DNA from: Nitrospirota bacterium
GTDB lineage: Bacteria > Nitrospirota > Thermodesulfovibrionia > Thermodesulfovibrionales > UBA6898
Length of the DNA stretch: 24,000 nucleotides
Assembly (NCBI GenBank): GCA_016235245.1
Contig: JACRLO010000025.1
Coordinates: 12,935-36,934, forward strand
Reading direction: 5' to 3'
The notes beneath the pieces were generated by a model that saw only the letters and a program-made list of their open reading frames with translations, was not told where the DNA came from and searched no databases. Shown in pieces: positions 1-8,260 of the stretch (the stretch's first letter is position 1; every line of letters begins with the position of its first letter). The position numbers and the translations under genes were made by a program.

Positions 1-1344
1 CTGAAAAGTCCTGAGGGCAGTCGATGGCTTGAATCATTCCCCCGAACCATTGTAGTTCAGGCGATCAGAGATATCGTTGCGGAGAAAAGAACCAGGATGC
101 TTCATGGAGAGCATCCCGATATCTCCTCGCCAGCCCTCGCATCCCAGATCAGCTTAAGAATCAGGGCATGTTCTTCTTTCAGCCTGCTGCCTGTAATAAA
201 TGCAACCGGCATTGTGCTGCATACGAATCTTGGGAGGGCCGTGCTTTCCGAGGAAGCAGTGGAAAATGTCATCGCCGTAAGCAGGGGATATTCCAACCTC
301 GAATATGACCTTGCTGCAGGCAAGAGAGGGAAGCGCCATTCCCATACTACGAACATTCTCAGGCAGCTTACCGGGGCGGAAGATGCCCTGATCGTAAACA
401 ACAACGCTGCAGCAGTATTTCTCTCCCTCGCCACGATTGCAAAAGACAGGGAAGTGATCGTATCAAGAGGAGAACTTGTCGAAATCGGCGGCTCTTTCAG
501 AATACCGGATGTAATGTCTGCAAGCGGTGCATCCCTTCGTGAGATCGGGACAACAAACAAGACACATCTCCATGATTACCGTAAGGCGATCAATGATAAG
601 ACCGGCCTTATCCTCAAGGTCCATCAGTCAAACTACAAAATCACGGGCTTTACCGAAGATGTATCCATAGAACAACTGGCAGCATTAGGTAAAGAGCGCG
701 GCATCCCCGTCATGTATGATCTCGGCAGCGGCTGCCTGATCGATCTGAAACCCTATGGCATTCACGGAGAGCCTTCTGTGCAGGAGATTATGAGGTCAGG
801 CGCCGACCTCGTAACCTTTAGTGGTGACAAACTTCTCGGAGGCCCGCAGGGCGGCATTATTGTCGGCAGTCAGGATCTTCTTGAAAAGATCAGGAAAAAT
901 CCGCTTGCCCGCGCTGTGAGGGTTGATAAGATGACGATTGCTGCCTTTGAGGCAACACTCAAGGACTATCTTGACCCTGAGAAAGCGTTGCAGCACATAC
1001 CAGTCATCCGGATGCTCTTCCAGCCACAAAAAACGATCAAGACACGGGCAAGGAAAATCGTCACAGAACTCCGCAGACAGATTGCGGAGGCGGACATAGC
1101 CATCGTCAAAGGATCTTCAAAGGCCGGAGGCGGTTCGCTGCCAGAGGCTGAATTTGAGACCTATGCAGTTTCATTAGCTCCGCGGCAAATTGCCGTCAAT
1201 GAGCTGGAAGCACGCCTGAGAACAGGTTCAAGGCCAATCATCGCTCGAATAAAAGACAACCTTCTTCTGCTCGATGCAAGGACAATACAGGATCAGGATA
1301 TCAGGGAACTCACCCGGCTCGTATCTTCTGCGCTAATACCGTAA
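1..1344 (+). CDS. selA: L-seryl-tRNA(Sec) selenium transferase (selenocysteine synthase), 5' end cut by window edge
   Basis: The frame of ORF 97..1344 stays open back to nt 1 (LKSPEGSRWLESFPRTIVVQAIRDIVAEKRTR-MLHGE...). There is no ATG/GTG/TTG in frame in 1-96, so the gene starts upstream of the window. SelA-like blocks are present: INATGIVLHTNLGRA, NLEYDL..GKRGKR, LIVNNNAAAV, SRGELVEIGGSFRIPDVM, and FSGDKLLGGPQGG containing the PLP lysine region. selB lies next to it. Confidence 0.9.
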   Translation: MKSPEGSRWLESFPRTIVVQAIRDIVAEKRTRMLHGEHPDISSPALASQISLRIRACSSFSLLPVINATGIVLHTNLGRAVLSEEAVENVIAVSRGYSNLEYDLAAGKRGKRHSHTTNILRQLTGAEDALIVNNNAAAVFLSLATIAKDREVIVSRGELVEIGGSFRIPDVMSASGASLREIGTTNKTHLHDYRKAINDKTGLILKVHQSNYKITGFTEDVSIEQLAALGKERGIPVMYDLGSGCLIDLKPYGIHGEPSVQEIMRSGADLVTFSGDKLLGGPQGGIIVGSQDLLEKIRKNPLARAVRVDKMTIAAFEATLKDYLDPEKALQHIPVIRMLFQPQKTIKTRARKIVTELRRQIAEADIAIVKGSSKAGGGSLPEAEFETYAVSLAPRQIAVNELEARLRTGSRPIIARIKDNLLLLDARTIQDQDIRELTRLVSSALIP

Positions 1345-1364
1345 GATGACAGCGCAGATAGAGA

Positions 1365-1673
1365 TTACTTGCCCCTTATCCTGCTGAGGAGTACTGCAGA
1401 CAACACAAATTGATGGCCCTCTTCCCGTTTTACCTGTTTGTAGAAATCACAAGTTTCGCAGTTTTTATATTTCTGGGCAAAAGTCCCCTGCAGTTCGCCT
1501 TTGCAGAGCGTTCCCGCCACAACCCAGCAGCTTCGTCCGGCATTCTTGCCGCCGTGCGCTTCGTCGAGCCTGACTTCCACGGTGACAGGACAGACTCCCA
1601 AGTCCTTTTCATGCTTGCCGCCCGCTTCACGACCGCACTGTTTGATCTCCCAGCAGTTAAGCTTCTTCATCAA
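1365..1673 (-). CDS. small cysteine-rich two-CW domain protein (function unknown)
   Basis: 102-aa ORF with an SD (GGAGGTATTG) before the ATG. Two CW-containing Cys motifs are present: NCWEIKQCGRE near the N terminus, then GRSCWVVAGTLC, then a NCETCDFY CxxC. This matches my memory of the 'two-CW domain' family found in sulfate-reducer-type genomes. The antisense ORF 1410..1793 has no recognisable motif. Confidence 0.6.
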   Translation of the reverse strand: MMKKLNCWEIKQCGREAGGKHEKDLGVCPVTVEVRLDEAHGGKNAGRSCWVVAGTLCKGELQGTFAQKYKNCETCDFYKQVKREEGHQFVLSAVLLSRIRGK

Positions 1674-1739
1674 TACCTCCGTGATTCGTTTTTATATTTT
1701 TTAAGCGCCTTTTTCTTTTCTATTAGATACTATAACAAA

Positions 1740-1768
1740 TTACAGAACCGTCTGAAAAATATTATAAT
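1740..1768 (+). promoter_or_regulatory. candidate sigma70-type promoter for selB
   Basis: TTACAG (1740-1745), a 17-nt spacer, then a perfect TATAAT (1763-1768), about 29 nt upstream of the selB ATG. A GAAAGG SD follows. The core ATTATAAT (1761-1768) is self-complementary, so it could also act as a -10 for the divergent two-CW gene. Confidence 0.35.
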
Positions 1769-1796
1769 GGACGGTATGCGTAGAAAGGTATAACAG

Positions 1797-3680
1797 ATGC
1801 GCCATATCATCCTTGGCACTGCCGGACATATAGACCACGGAAAGAGCTCGCTCGTAAAGGCCCTCACAGGCATCGACCCTGACAGGCTGAAAGAGGAAAA
1901 AGACCGTGGGATCACTATTGATATCGGGTTTGCTGATCTGGCCTATCCTGAGGAGGGGCTGACGGTCGGAATCGTCGACGTGCCCGGTCATGAGAAATTG
2001 ATCAGCAACATGCTTGCAGGCGCAGGCGGTATAGACCTTGTTCTTATGGTCATTGCCGCAGACGAAGGCATCATGCCTCAGAGCCGCGAGCACCTTGCCA
2101 TATGCGATCTTCTGAAGATCAAGGCAGGCCTGATCGTAATTACCAAGGCAGACCTTGTCGAGAAAGAATGGCTTGGCCTCGTTGCAGACGATATAAAGGA
2201 TTTTGTAAAAGGCACCTTCCTTGAACAGGCCGCCATTATTGCTGTTTCTTCAAAAACAGGCGAAAATCTTGATGCCCTCAAGAAATCTATAAGGGACCTT
2301 GCGCTCACCATCCATCCAAAAACGTCAGACGGGATATTCAGGCTGCCGATAGACAGAGTCTTCACGCTAAAGGGGTTTGGCACTGTTATCACAGGTACCG
2401 CGGTATCCGGCATGATAGCTGTTGATACGCCTGTCGAGATCCTTCCGATAGGAATAACGACCAAAGTAAGAGGTCTGCACAGTCATGGCAAGGCAATTCA
2501 GAAGGCATATGCCGGCCAGAGAGTTGCGATCAATCTCCAGGGGGTGGAAAAAGATGACCTGAAGCGGGGAGATGTTGCGGTTGCTCCGTCGAGTTTTGTC
2601 CCGACAAGGACACTGGACCTTTTCCTTGAACTACTCAGAAATGTTCCGGCACTCAAAAACAGAAGCCTTGTGCATTTCTATGCCGGGACCTCCGAGTCTG
2701 TTGCACGCGTCATCCTCTATGAGAAAGAGGAGCTTAAGGCAGGCGAAAGCTGTTTCTGTCAGTTCAGGCTGCAGGAGTCTGTTATTGCCATGTCTGGCGA
2801 CCGGTATATCATCAGAAGATTCTCGCCCCTTGAGACGATCGGCGGCGGAGAAGTGCTTGATCCCTCACCGGTAAGAAGAAAAAGAAAAGACGGCGTTCAG
2901 GATCTTTCCCTATTGCATGCAGGCAAGCTCGATGAGAAACTTGCGCTGAAGATCGAAAAAGCCGGCCCGTCAGGGATCTCTGCTCATGCCATTCATGGCT
3001 GGATCAATGCCGATCTTTCGGCAATACAGAACGCACTCAATGGACTCACGCGGGCAGGCCTGATCATTAAACACGAGGAGATACTTATTCACAAGCATGC
3101 CTTTGACCTGCTGAACACCAGAGTGCTTAATCTGCTCAAAGTATTTCACAAAGAACATCCACTAAAGCCTGGTATGCCAAAGGAAGAGATAAGAACACTG
3201 CTCAATAGCGACCCGCGGCTTTTCAATTTTCTTCTGACGTCTCTCAGAGACGTGATCGTTGACAAAGATCTGCTCAGACTAAAAAATTTCACGGTAGCAC
3301 TGTCAGGCGCAGCTGAAGCACATAAGGCAAAGATCATCGACCTTCTCACGAAGGGAGAATTTCAGCCTCCCACAAAAACAGAAATGTCAGAAGCTCTGAA
3401 GATGGACCAAAAACAGATAACCGACATTCTGAATATCCTGGCAAAAGAGCGTTCCGTAGTCAGAGTCAACGAATCAATCTATCTTTCAACCATTGCATAT
3501 GACAAGATGATAAACACCCTGAAGGCATTCTTTGCTAAAAAGCCTGAACTCACGGTTGCAGAATTCCGCGATCTGCTCAATACCTCTCGCAAATTCGCCC
3601 TTCCCTTTCTCGAGCACCTTGACGCTGCACGGGTAACCCTCAGACTGGGAGATGCGAGAAAATTACTACTGAAAAACTAA
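1797..3680 (+). CDS. selB: selenocysteine-specific translation elongation factor
   Basis: 627 aa. N-terminal GTPase with [19 protein letters not shown] (G1), DVPGHEKL (G3) and ITKADL (G4). EF-Tu-like domains II/III follow, then a long C-terminal extension of roughly 250 aa of winged-helix type, as in bacterial SelB for SECIS binding. Confidence 0.95.
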   Translation: MRHIILGTAGHIDHGKSSLVKALTGIDPDRLKEEKDRGITIDIGFADLAYPEEGLTVGIVDVPGHEKLISNMLAGAGGIDLVLMVIAADEGIMPQSREHLAICDLLKIKAGLIVITKADLVEKEWLGLVADDIKDFVKGTFLEQAAIIAVSSKTGENLDALKKSIRDLALTIHPKTSDGIFRLPIDRVFTLKGFGTVITGTAVSGMIAVDTPVEILPIGITTKVRGLHSHGKAIQKAYAGQRVAINLQGVEKDDLKRGDVAVAPSSFVPTRTLDLFLELLRNVPALKNRSLVHFYAGTSESVARVILYEKEELKAGESCFCQFRLQESVIAMSGDRYIIRRFSPLETIGGGEVLDPSPVRRKRKDGVQDLSLLHAGKLDEKLALKIEKAGPSGISAHAIHGWINADLSAIQNALNGLTRAGLIIKHEEILIHKHAFDLLNTRVLNLLKVFHKEHPLKPGMPKEEIRTLLNSDPRLFNFLLTSLRDVIVDKDLLRLKNFTVALSGAAEAHKAKIIDLLTKGEFQPPTKTEMSEALKMDQKQITDILNILAKERSVVRVNESIYLSTIAYDKMINTLKAFFAKKPELTVAEFRDLLNTSRKFALPFLEHLDAARVTLRLGDARKLLLKN

Positions 3681-3773
3681 GTCCCCGTGCAGAGTATCTC
3701 CGGGCGGTATGCATTAGCTGCCGTAAATAGTACAAATTCATCGGATAGGCTGTTGCACAGGCACAATTCTGAA

Positions 3774-3818
3774 AGTGCCTTGCAGCACGTACATCTGTTG
3801 CACCGGCTGCAAGGCACT
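3774..3818. terminator. 13-bp perfect inverted repeat between convergent selB and the CMD gene (possible bidirectional terminator)
   Basis: AGTGCCTTGCAGC (3774-3786) and GCTGCAAGGCACT (3806-3818) flank a 19-nt loop. It lies in the 163-nt gap between two convergent genes. Flanking U-tracts are weak on both strands (TTTC / TCCCATTT), so intrinsic-terminator status is uncertain. Confidence 0.4.
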
Positions 3819-3843
3819 TCCCATTTAACCTTATTGCTGTTTC

Positions 3844-4101
3844 TTAGCTACATCCGCACCCCGCCGTCGGCGTCCCTGCATTTGATGGCACCGTTTTACT
3901 GATGGTTGAGGCAAACGCATCCATCTTCGCTGCGGCACCTTTTCTGACCGTCTTTGCGACTTCAATTGCCTGTGCAATTTCAGCGTCACTGGCACCATTT
4001 TCCAGGGCTTTATCAACGTGATACTGCAGGCACGGCTGACAGTTTGCCGTTACCGATGCGCCGATCGCAATCAGTTCTGCAATGCGATTATCGAGCTTCA
4101 T
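3844..4101 (-). CDS. small carboxymuconolactone decarboxylase (CMD)/AhpD-like family protein with CxxC and a C-terminal GCGCS tail
   Basis: 85 aa. IAELIAIGASVTANCQPCLQYHVDKALENGASDAEIAQAIEVA is the AhpD/CMD core helix-CxxC-helix pattern. A strong SD (AGGAGGTGA) lies upstream. Confidence 0.7.
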   Translation of the reverse strand: MKLDNRIAELIAIGASVTANCQPCLQYHVDKALENGASDAEIAQAIEVAKTVRKGAAAKMDAFASTISKTVPSNAGTPTAGCGCS

Positions 4102-4157
4102 GACATATCACCTCCTTTCCGTCTCTATAGACGAAAAAGGGGCAGAAAAAGATACAC

Positions 4158-4769
4158 CTATTTTTTAAAGGGAAGCAGAAAAGTGGAAGCCCGCTCACAG
4201 GCCAGTTCATTGCGCTCATCACGATAAAAATTGCATTTGGCCTTCAGCTGTTCTCTGAGCCTCATCCTGGCCCTGTGCAGCCTGATTTTTACTGTTTCCT
4301 GAGATATGCCGAGGATATCGGCAATTTCAACATTACTCAACTCCTCAAAATCGCTCAGAACCAGCACAGGCCGATAATTTTCTGGCAACCCCTCCGCAAT
4401 ACCCCGGATACAGTCATTCATCTCCTTTTTAATCAGTGAAGCCTCAAGCGAAGGTTTTCGGTCTTCCGTCTCCAGATACACAGCCTCGACGTCTCCTCCA
4501 TTGTTTTCCCGTTTAAGATGAGAAGTCTCTTTTTGCAAAGAAAGTTCACGCAGCCTGTCCAGTGCAGTGTTCGTTGCAATTTTGTAGATCCATGTTGAGA
4601 AACTGGATCTGCCGCTGAAATTCTTCAGCCCACGGCTGACCTTTACGAATACTTCCTGTGCAAGGTCTTCGGCTTCAGTTTCGTTCACCATGCGGGCAAG
4701 ATAGCGCTCTATTTTCTCCTTAAATTGCGCATAGATAGTCTGGAATTCCAGGTCTACTTCAGGATTCAT
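4158..4769 (-). CDS. ECF-type RNA polymerase sigma-70 family factor with a short Cys-containing C-terminal tail
   Basis: 203 aa. Region 2 reads AEDLAQEVFVKV...FSTWIYKIATNTALDRLR. Region 4 reads LPENYRPVLVLSDFEELSNVEIADILGISQETVKIRLHRARMRLREQL. About 27 extra residues follow (KAKCNFYRDERNELACERASTFLLPFKK). An SD (AAAGGAG) lies 7 nt upstream, and the gene starts 23 nt after the CDF gene. Confidence 0.85.
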   Translation of the reverse strand: MNPEVDLEFQTIYAQFKEKIERYLARMVNETEAEDLAQEVFVKVSRGLKNFSGRSSFSTWIYKIATNTALDRLRELSLQKETSHLKRENNGGDVEAVYLETEDRKPSLEASLIKKEMNDCIRGIAEGLPENYRPVLVLSDFEELSNVEIADILGISQETVKIRLHRARMRLREQLKAKCNFYRDERNELACERASTFLLPFKK

Positions 4770-4792
4770 ACTACTCCTTTCAGCATCTTTTC

Positions 4793-5707
4793 TTAATGGT
4801 GATGGCCAAGATGGCTGCTATCGGTATTCAGACTGCAGTAAATCTCATTGCTGCAGCAGTCTGCGCACTCTATCTGTATCACGGCATGTTTTATTCCCCG
4901 CTGTTCGAGCATATGCTCGATTTCTATTCTGATGGCATCAGCCTCGCTGATCTTCTGATCATGGACCTGGACATGCGCTGAAAAGGCCGGTATGCCGTGG
5001 CCAATGGACCATATATGAACGTCATGAACATTGCGTACCCCCGGCATTTCGGCTATCACCTTTGCCAGATCCTCTGCATGAAAGCCCATAGGGCTGAGGT
5101 CCAGGAGTATCCAGAGAGCTTCTTTTATGACACGGGTTCCGCCGACAATGATAAGGCAACCGACAATGGCACTCGCTATGGTATCGGCAAGCACCCAGCC
5201 GGTAAAGGTAATTATCAGTCCGGCTATAATTACGCCGGCTGAAGCTATGGTATCGCCGAGTACATGAAGCCAGGCGCTTTTCATGTTCAGGTCATGATGC
5301 TTATGTCCCAATATCCACGCCATGATGAGATTGCCCAGAAGCCCGGCAGCAGCTATGGAGAGCATGACCGATGCATTGATCTCGGGCGGAGCATGGAACC
5401 TCTTGTACGCCTCGATAAAAATGAAGACGGCGATGGCTACGAGACTGATTCCGTTAATAAGTGCTGCAAGCAGGCCGATGCGCTGGTACCCATAGGTTGC
5501 CTTATAGTCTGAGGGCCTCTTCATGACAAGAAGCGCAATGAGGCTCAGGCCGAGCGCAAATGCATCGATCAGGACATGGCCGGCATCGCTCAGAAGCGCA
5601 AGGCTGTGGCTCATCAATCCGCCTATCACTTCGGCGATGAAAATAATCAGGGTAACGACCAGGCTCCAGCCGAGCCGTTTTATTGAAGAATTATCCATTC
5701 GTGTCAT
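4793..5707 (-). CDS. cation diffusion facilitator (CDF, CzcD/ZitB-like) divalent metal efflux transporter
   Basis: 304 aa. Six hydrophobic segments. CDF signature HSLALLSDAGHVLIDAF in TM2 and HVLGDTIASAGVI in TM5. Cytoplasmic C-terminal domain VHDVHIWSI. Cys/His-rich tail ECADCCSNEIYCSLNTDSSHLGHHH. Confidence 0.9.
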   Translation of the reverse strand: MTRMDNSSIKRLGWSLVVTLIIFIAEVIGGLMSHSLALLSDAGHVLIDAFALGLSLIALLVMKRPSDYKATYGYQRIGLLAALINGISLVAIAVFIFIEAYKRFHAPPEINASVMLSIAAAGLLGNLIMAWILGHKHHDLNMKSAWLHVLGDTIASAGVIIAGLIITFTGWVLADTIASAIVGCLIIVGGTRVIKEALWILLDLSPMGFHAEDLAKVIAEMPGVRNVHDVHIWSIGHGIPAFSAHVQVHDQKISEADAIRIEIEHMLEQRGIKHAVIQIECADCCSNEIYCSLNTDSSHLGHHH

Positions 5708-5794
5708 CTGAAAGGTTTGTCATATCAAAATATATACACAATTAAGAGTATGGCACTGCTTGGCCTTTTTGCAACGGGAGAACTTCTTGCCTGT

Positions 5795-6091
5795 TCAGCA
5801 GCAATTGCCTGTTTTGTTCTCGCCGCTGCAGTCACATGAAGGCTCTCCTCCGCTTATTATGCTGTTGATGACAGCAGCAGCGCAGCCAACGCCCTTGTTA
5901 ACGGTCAGCGCACCGAAGGCACAATTGCCAACGCAGGCCCCGCATTCCATACACCGGTCCTTGTCCAGGATAACAGCCTTTTTGTTTTCGATGGCAAAGA
6001 CTCCATGCGGGCATACCTCGACGCAACTGCCGCAGCCAATACAGTGTTCCGGGAAAATTTCGAGGCTCACAGTATTTGAGAGATATTTCAT
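5795..6091 (-). CDS. hgcB: HgcB, 2x[4Fe-4S] ferredoxin of the mercury methylation pair
   Basis: Two CxxCxxCxxxCP-type clusters (CIGCGSCVEVCP and CMECGACVGNC). These include the HgcB-diagnostic C(M/I)ECGA motif, a conserved later Cys (GVGC) and a C-terminal CC (GNCC-stop). The gene lies immediately after hgcA. I place the start at the ATG at 6091: it forms an ATGA overlap with the hgcA stop and has GGAGGG 4 nt upstream. The ORF track's longer start at 6103 has its SD abutting the ATG. Confidence 0.87.
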   Translation of the reverse strand: MKYLSNTVSLEIFPEHCIGCGSCVEVCPHGVFAIENKKAVILDKDRCMECGACVGNCAFGALTVNKGVGCAAAVINSIISGGEPSCDCSGENKTGNCC

Positions 6092-7182
6092 AAGACCCTC
6101 CATTCTCCAAGCTTATAGATAAGCAGGAGAATTAGTGAGACCGCCACACCCGAAATATACAGGGGAATGCCGATCTTCAATTCCTTTTTAACGCCTGACA
6201 TTCCGGTAAACGTACTTGCTCCGGTAAACTGAAGAGCGATATAGGAACTCGCCAAAGGGAAAAACAGATACGCAGCAATGAGGAGGACCTTACTTAAATG
6301 TCCGAGCATTGAAATATACGTTGTGGACAAAAAGACTGCGAGTATTCCTGTTATCCAGCCCTTTACCGCAAATGATCTGAAAGGAATAAACGGAAGAAGA
6401 ACAGGAGTTACCAGCGCACCGGCAATTACGGATATGAGGCCAAGCAGGAGAAATGGCAAACCAGCAGAAATGGCATCCATGAAAAGAATGCCTCCTGGCT
6501 GAAGACCGAATATCGTGAGTATTATCAGGGCATACCATGGATAGTATTTTTTCATGGCAGGATTGATTTCCATTGGTGTAAGGATCAGTCTGTCGACGAG
6601 CGGGAACTTCACAGTCCTCATGTCCCTTGTCGCCTGATATCCCGCGGCGATATAAGCGCCGATATCTTCAGCACGCACTGGTCCGTAGCAGACCTTGAAC
6701 CCTGTGGCTTTTGTTGTCTTGTGGGCGCTGATCCCCGGAGCCCCGAGTTGGGGGACGATTATCCTCCTGTGATCGACCACCCTGTCCAGTCTTGTAACGG
6801 AGATTATTCTCACCAATTCATCAGTTCCAAACGTCCCTTTGCCGGCTGCGCACCATACATTTATGCCTTTTGTGTCCAGGACCAGGATCCAGACATTCAG
6901 CCCTTTCAATGCCTTCCTGAAGGCATCAAAGCTGAGTTTATAATTGGCGCTTACCAGAACGTCCGAGTTCTTATCCGGCACGCCGACAGCGTACAGTCCG
7001 GGATTAACGATATAGTTATTCCTGAATGCGCTGATCCTGCACTTCAGATGTTCCCAATAATCAACCCTGGTAAGGTCAGGCGATACGCTGTAAATAGCAC
7101 CTATTTCAGTCGTGATGGTCCCGGTTACCCATGCAGGGCGGTTCTTTTCGATATTCATCTTTATAAACTTCAGATCTGCCAT
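6088..7182 (-). CDS. hgcA: HgcA, corrinoid protein of the mercury methylation pair
   Basis: 364 aa. The N-terminal CFeSP-like corrinoid domain carries the diagnostic cap-helix motif GINVWCAAGKGTFGT. The Cys is residue 111, codon 6850-6852, verified as tgc on the minus strand. Flanking HgcA-typical blocks: PGLYAVG, VLVSANYKLSFDAFRKAL, WILVLDTKG, IVPQLGAPGISAH, GFKVCYGPVRAEDI. The C-terminal half has about 5 transmembrane helices, as in HgcA. Confidence 0.93.
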   Translation of the reverse strand: MADLKFIKMNIEKNRPAWVTGTITTEIGAIYSVSPDLTRVDYWEHLKCRISAFRNNYIVNPGLYAVGVPDKNSDVLVSANYKLSFDAFRKALKGLNVWILVLDTKGINVWCAAGKGTFGTDELVRIISVTRLDRVVDHRRIIVPQLGAPGISAHKTTKATGFKVCYGPVRAEDIGAYIAAGYQATRDMRTVKFPLVDRLILTPMEINPAMKKYYPWYALIILTIFGLQPGGILFMDAISAGLPFLLLGLISVIAGALVTPVLLPFIPFRSFAVKGWITGILAVFLSTTYISMLGHLSKVLLIAAYLFFPLASSYIALQFTGASTFTGMSGVKKELKIGIPLYISGVAVSLILLLIYKLGEWRVL

Positions 7183-8258
7183 TACAGGTCAAGACCTTTT
7201 ACACTGCAATATCCAATGGTGAAATATTTCTTTTGAAAATAGATCGCGACATTCACCAGCCCGATCAGAACCGGCACTTCGACCAGAGGACCAATTACCG
7301 CTGCAAATGCCGCACCAGAGTTAATTCCGAAGACGGCAACAGCAACCGCTATTGCAAGTTCAAAGTTATTACTCGCTGCAGTAAACGAGAGTGTAGCGGT
7401 CTTTGGGTAATCTGCCCCGATCTTTTTCCCAAGATAGAAAGAGACTAGGAACATCACCACAAAATAGATAAGGAGGGGAATTGCAATGCGTACGACATCC
7501 AGCGGCAGTCTGACAATATAGTTACCCTTGAGAGAGAACATCACGAGAATGGTGAAAAGCAGAAAGATGAGCGTAATAGGGCTTATTCTGGGTATAAAGA
7601 CCTTTTCATACCACTGCCGGCTCTTTACGTTAAGCAGAACGAAACGGGTAAGCATACCTGCCAGAAAGGGGATGCCAAGATAAATAAATACGCTCTCTGC
7701 AATCTGGACCATGGTTATATTTACGATCACGCCCTTCAGCCCAAGCCACGACGGCAGCACAGTGATGAAGATGTAGGCATAAACCGAGAAAAAGAGCACC
7801 TGGAAGATTGAGTTAAAGGCAACGAGTCCTGCTGCATACTCGGTATCCCCGCAGGCAAGGTCGTTCCATACGATAACCATCGCAATGCACCGGGCAAGGC
7901 CTATCATGATCAGGCCGACCATATATTCCGGGTACCCGGAGAGAAAAGCGATCGCCAGCAGAAACATCAGAACCGGACCTATAACCCAATTTTGGATCAG
8001 CGACAGCAGAAGGATCTTCTTATTTCTGAAGACTTCCCCCAGCTCCTCGTATTTAACTTTTGCCAATGGCGGATACATCATGAGAATGAGACCTATGGCA
8101 ATCGGTATATTCGTGGTGCCGACCTGAAACTGGTTGATGAACCCCTCAGTCCCTGGAATGAAATATCCAAGGCCGACACCAAGGGCCATTGCGCTAAATA
8201 TCCATAACGTAAGAAAGCGGTCAAGGAAAGAAAGTCTTTTGCCTGTTTTTTCCGTCAT
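7182..8258 (-). CDS. acr3: arsenite efflux transporter, ACR3 family
   Basis: ACR3 blocks: [92 protein letters not shown] (with the conserved Cys), [20 protein letters not shown]. The start is probably the ATG at 8258, which has GGGGA 6 nt upstream and sits 2 nt after the arsR stop. Alternatively it is the ATG at 8264, which forms an ATGA overlap with the arsR TGA. The ORF-track start at 8306 lies inside arsR and is unlikely. Confidence 0.92.
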   Translation of the reverse strand: MTEKTGKRLSFLDRFLTLWIFSAMALGVGLGYFIPGTEGFINQFQVGTTNIPIAIGLILMMYPPLAKVKYEELGEVFRNKKILLLSLIQNWVIGPVLMFLLAIAFLSGYPEYMVGLIMIGLARCIAMVIVWNDLACGDTEYAAGLVAFNSIFQVLFFSVYAYIFITVLPSWLGLKGVIVNITMVQIAESVFIYLGIPFLAGMLTRFVLLNVKSRQWYEKVFIPRISPITLIFLLFTILVMFSLKGNYIVRLPLDVVRIAIPLLIYFVVMFLVSFYLGKKIGADYPKTATLSFTAASNNFELAIAVAVAVFGINSGAAFAAVIGPLVEVPVLIGLVNVAIYFQKKYFTIGYCSVKGLDL

Positions 8259-8260
8259 CG

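Noticed and set aside
1410-1793. A plus-strand 127-aa ORF overlapping the two-CW gene. It could have made selA-X-selB a co-directional operon.
   Set aside because: It has no recognisable motif and no SD. The opposite frame has a strong SD and the conserved two-CW cysteine pattern.
5708-5794. A promoter-like TTGCAA-N16-CATACT on the minus strand between hgcB and the CDF gene, and a possible ECF-type promoter.
   Set aside because: The match to consensus is weak (4/6 and 4/6). No GGAAC...CGT-type ECF motif was recognised. No terminator after hgcB was visible either, so I cannot decide between read-through and a separate promoter.
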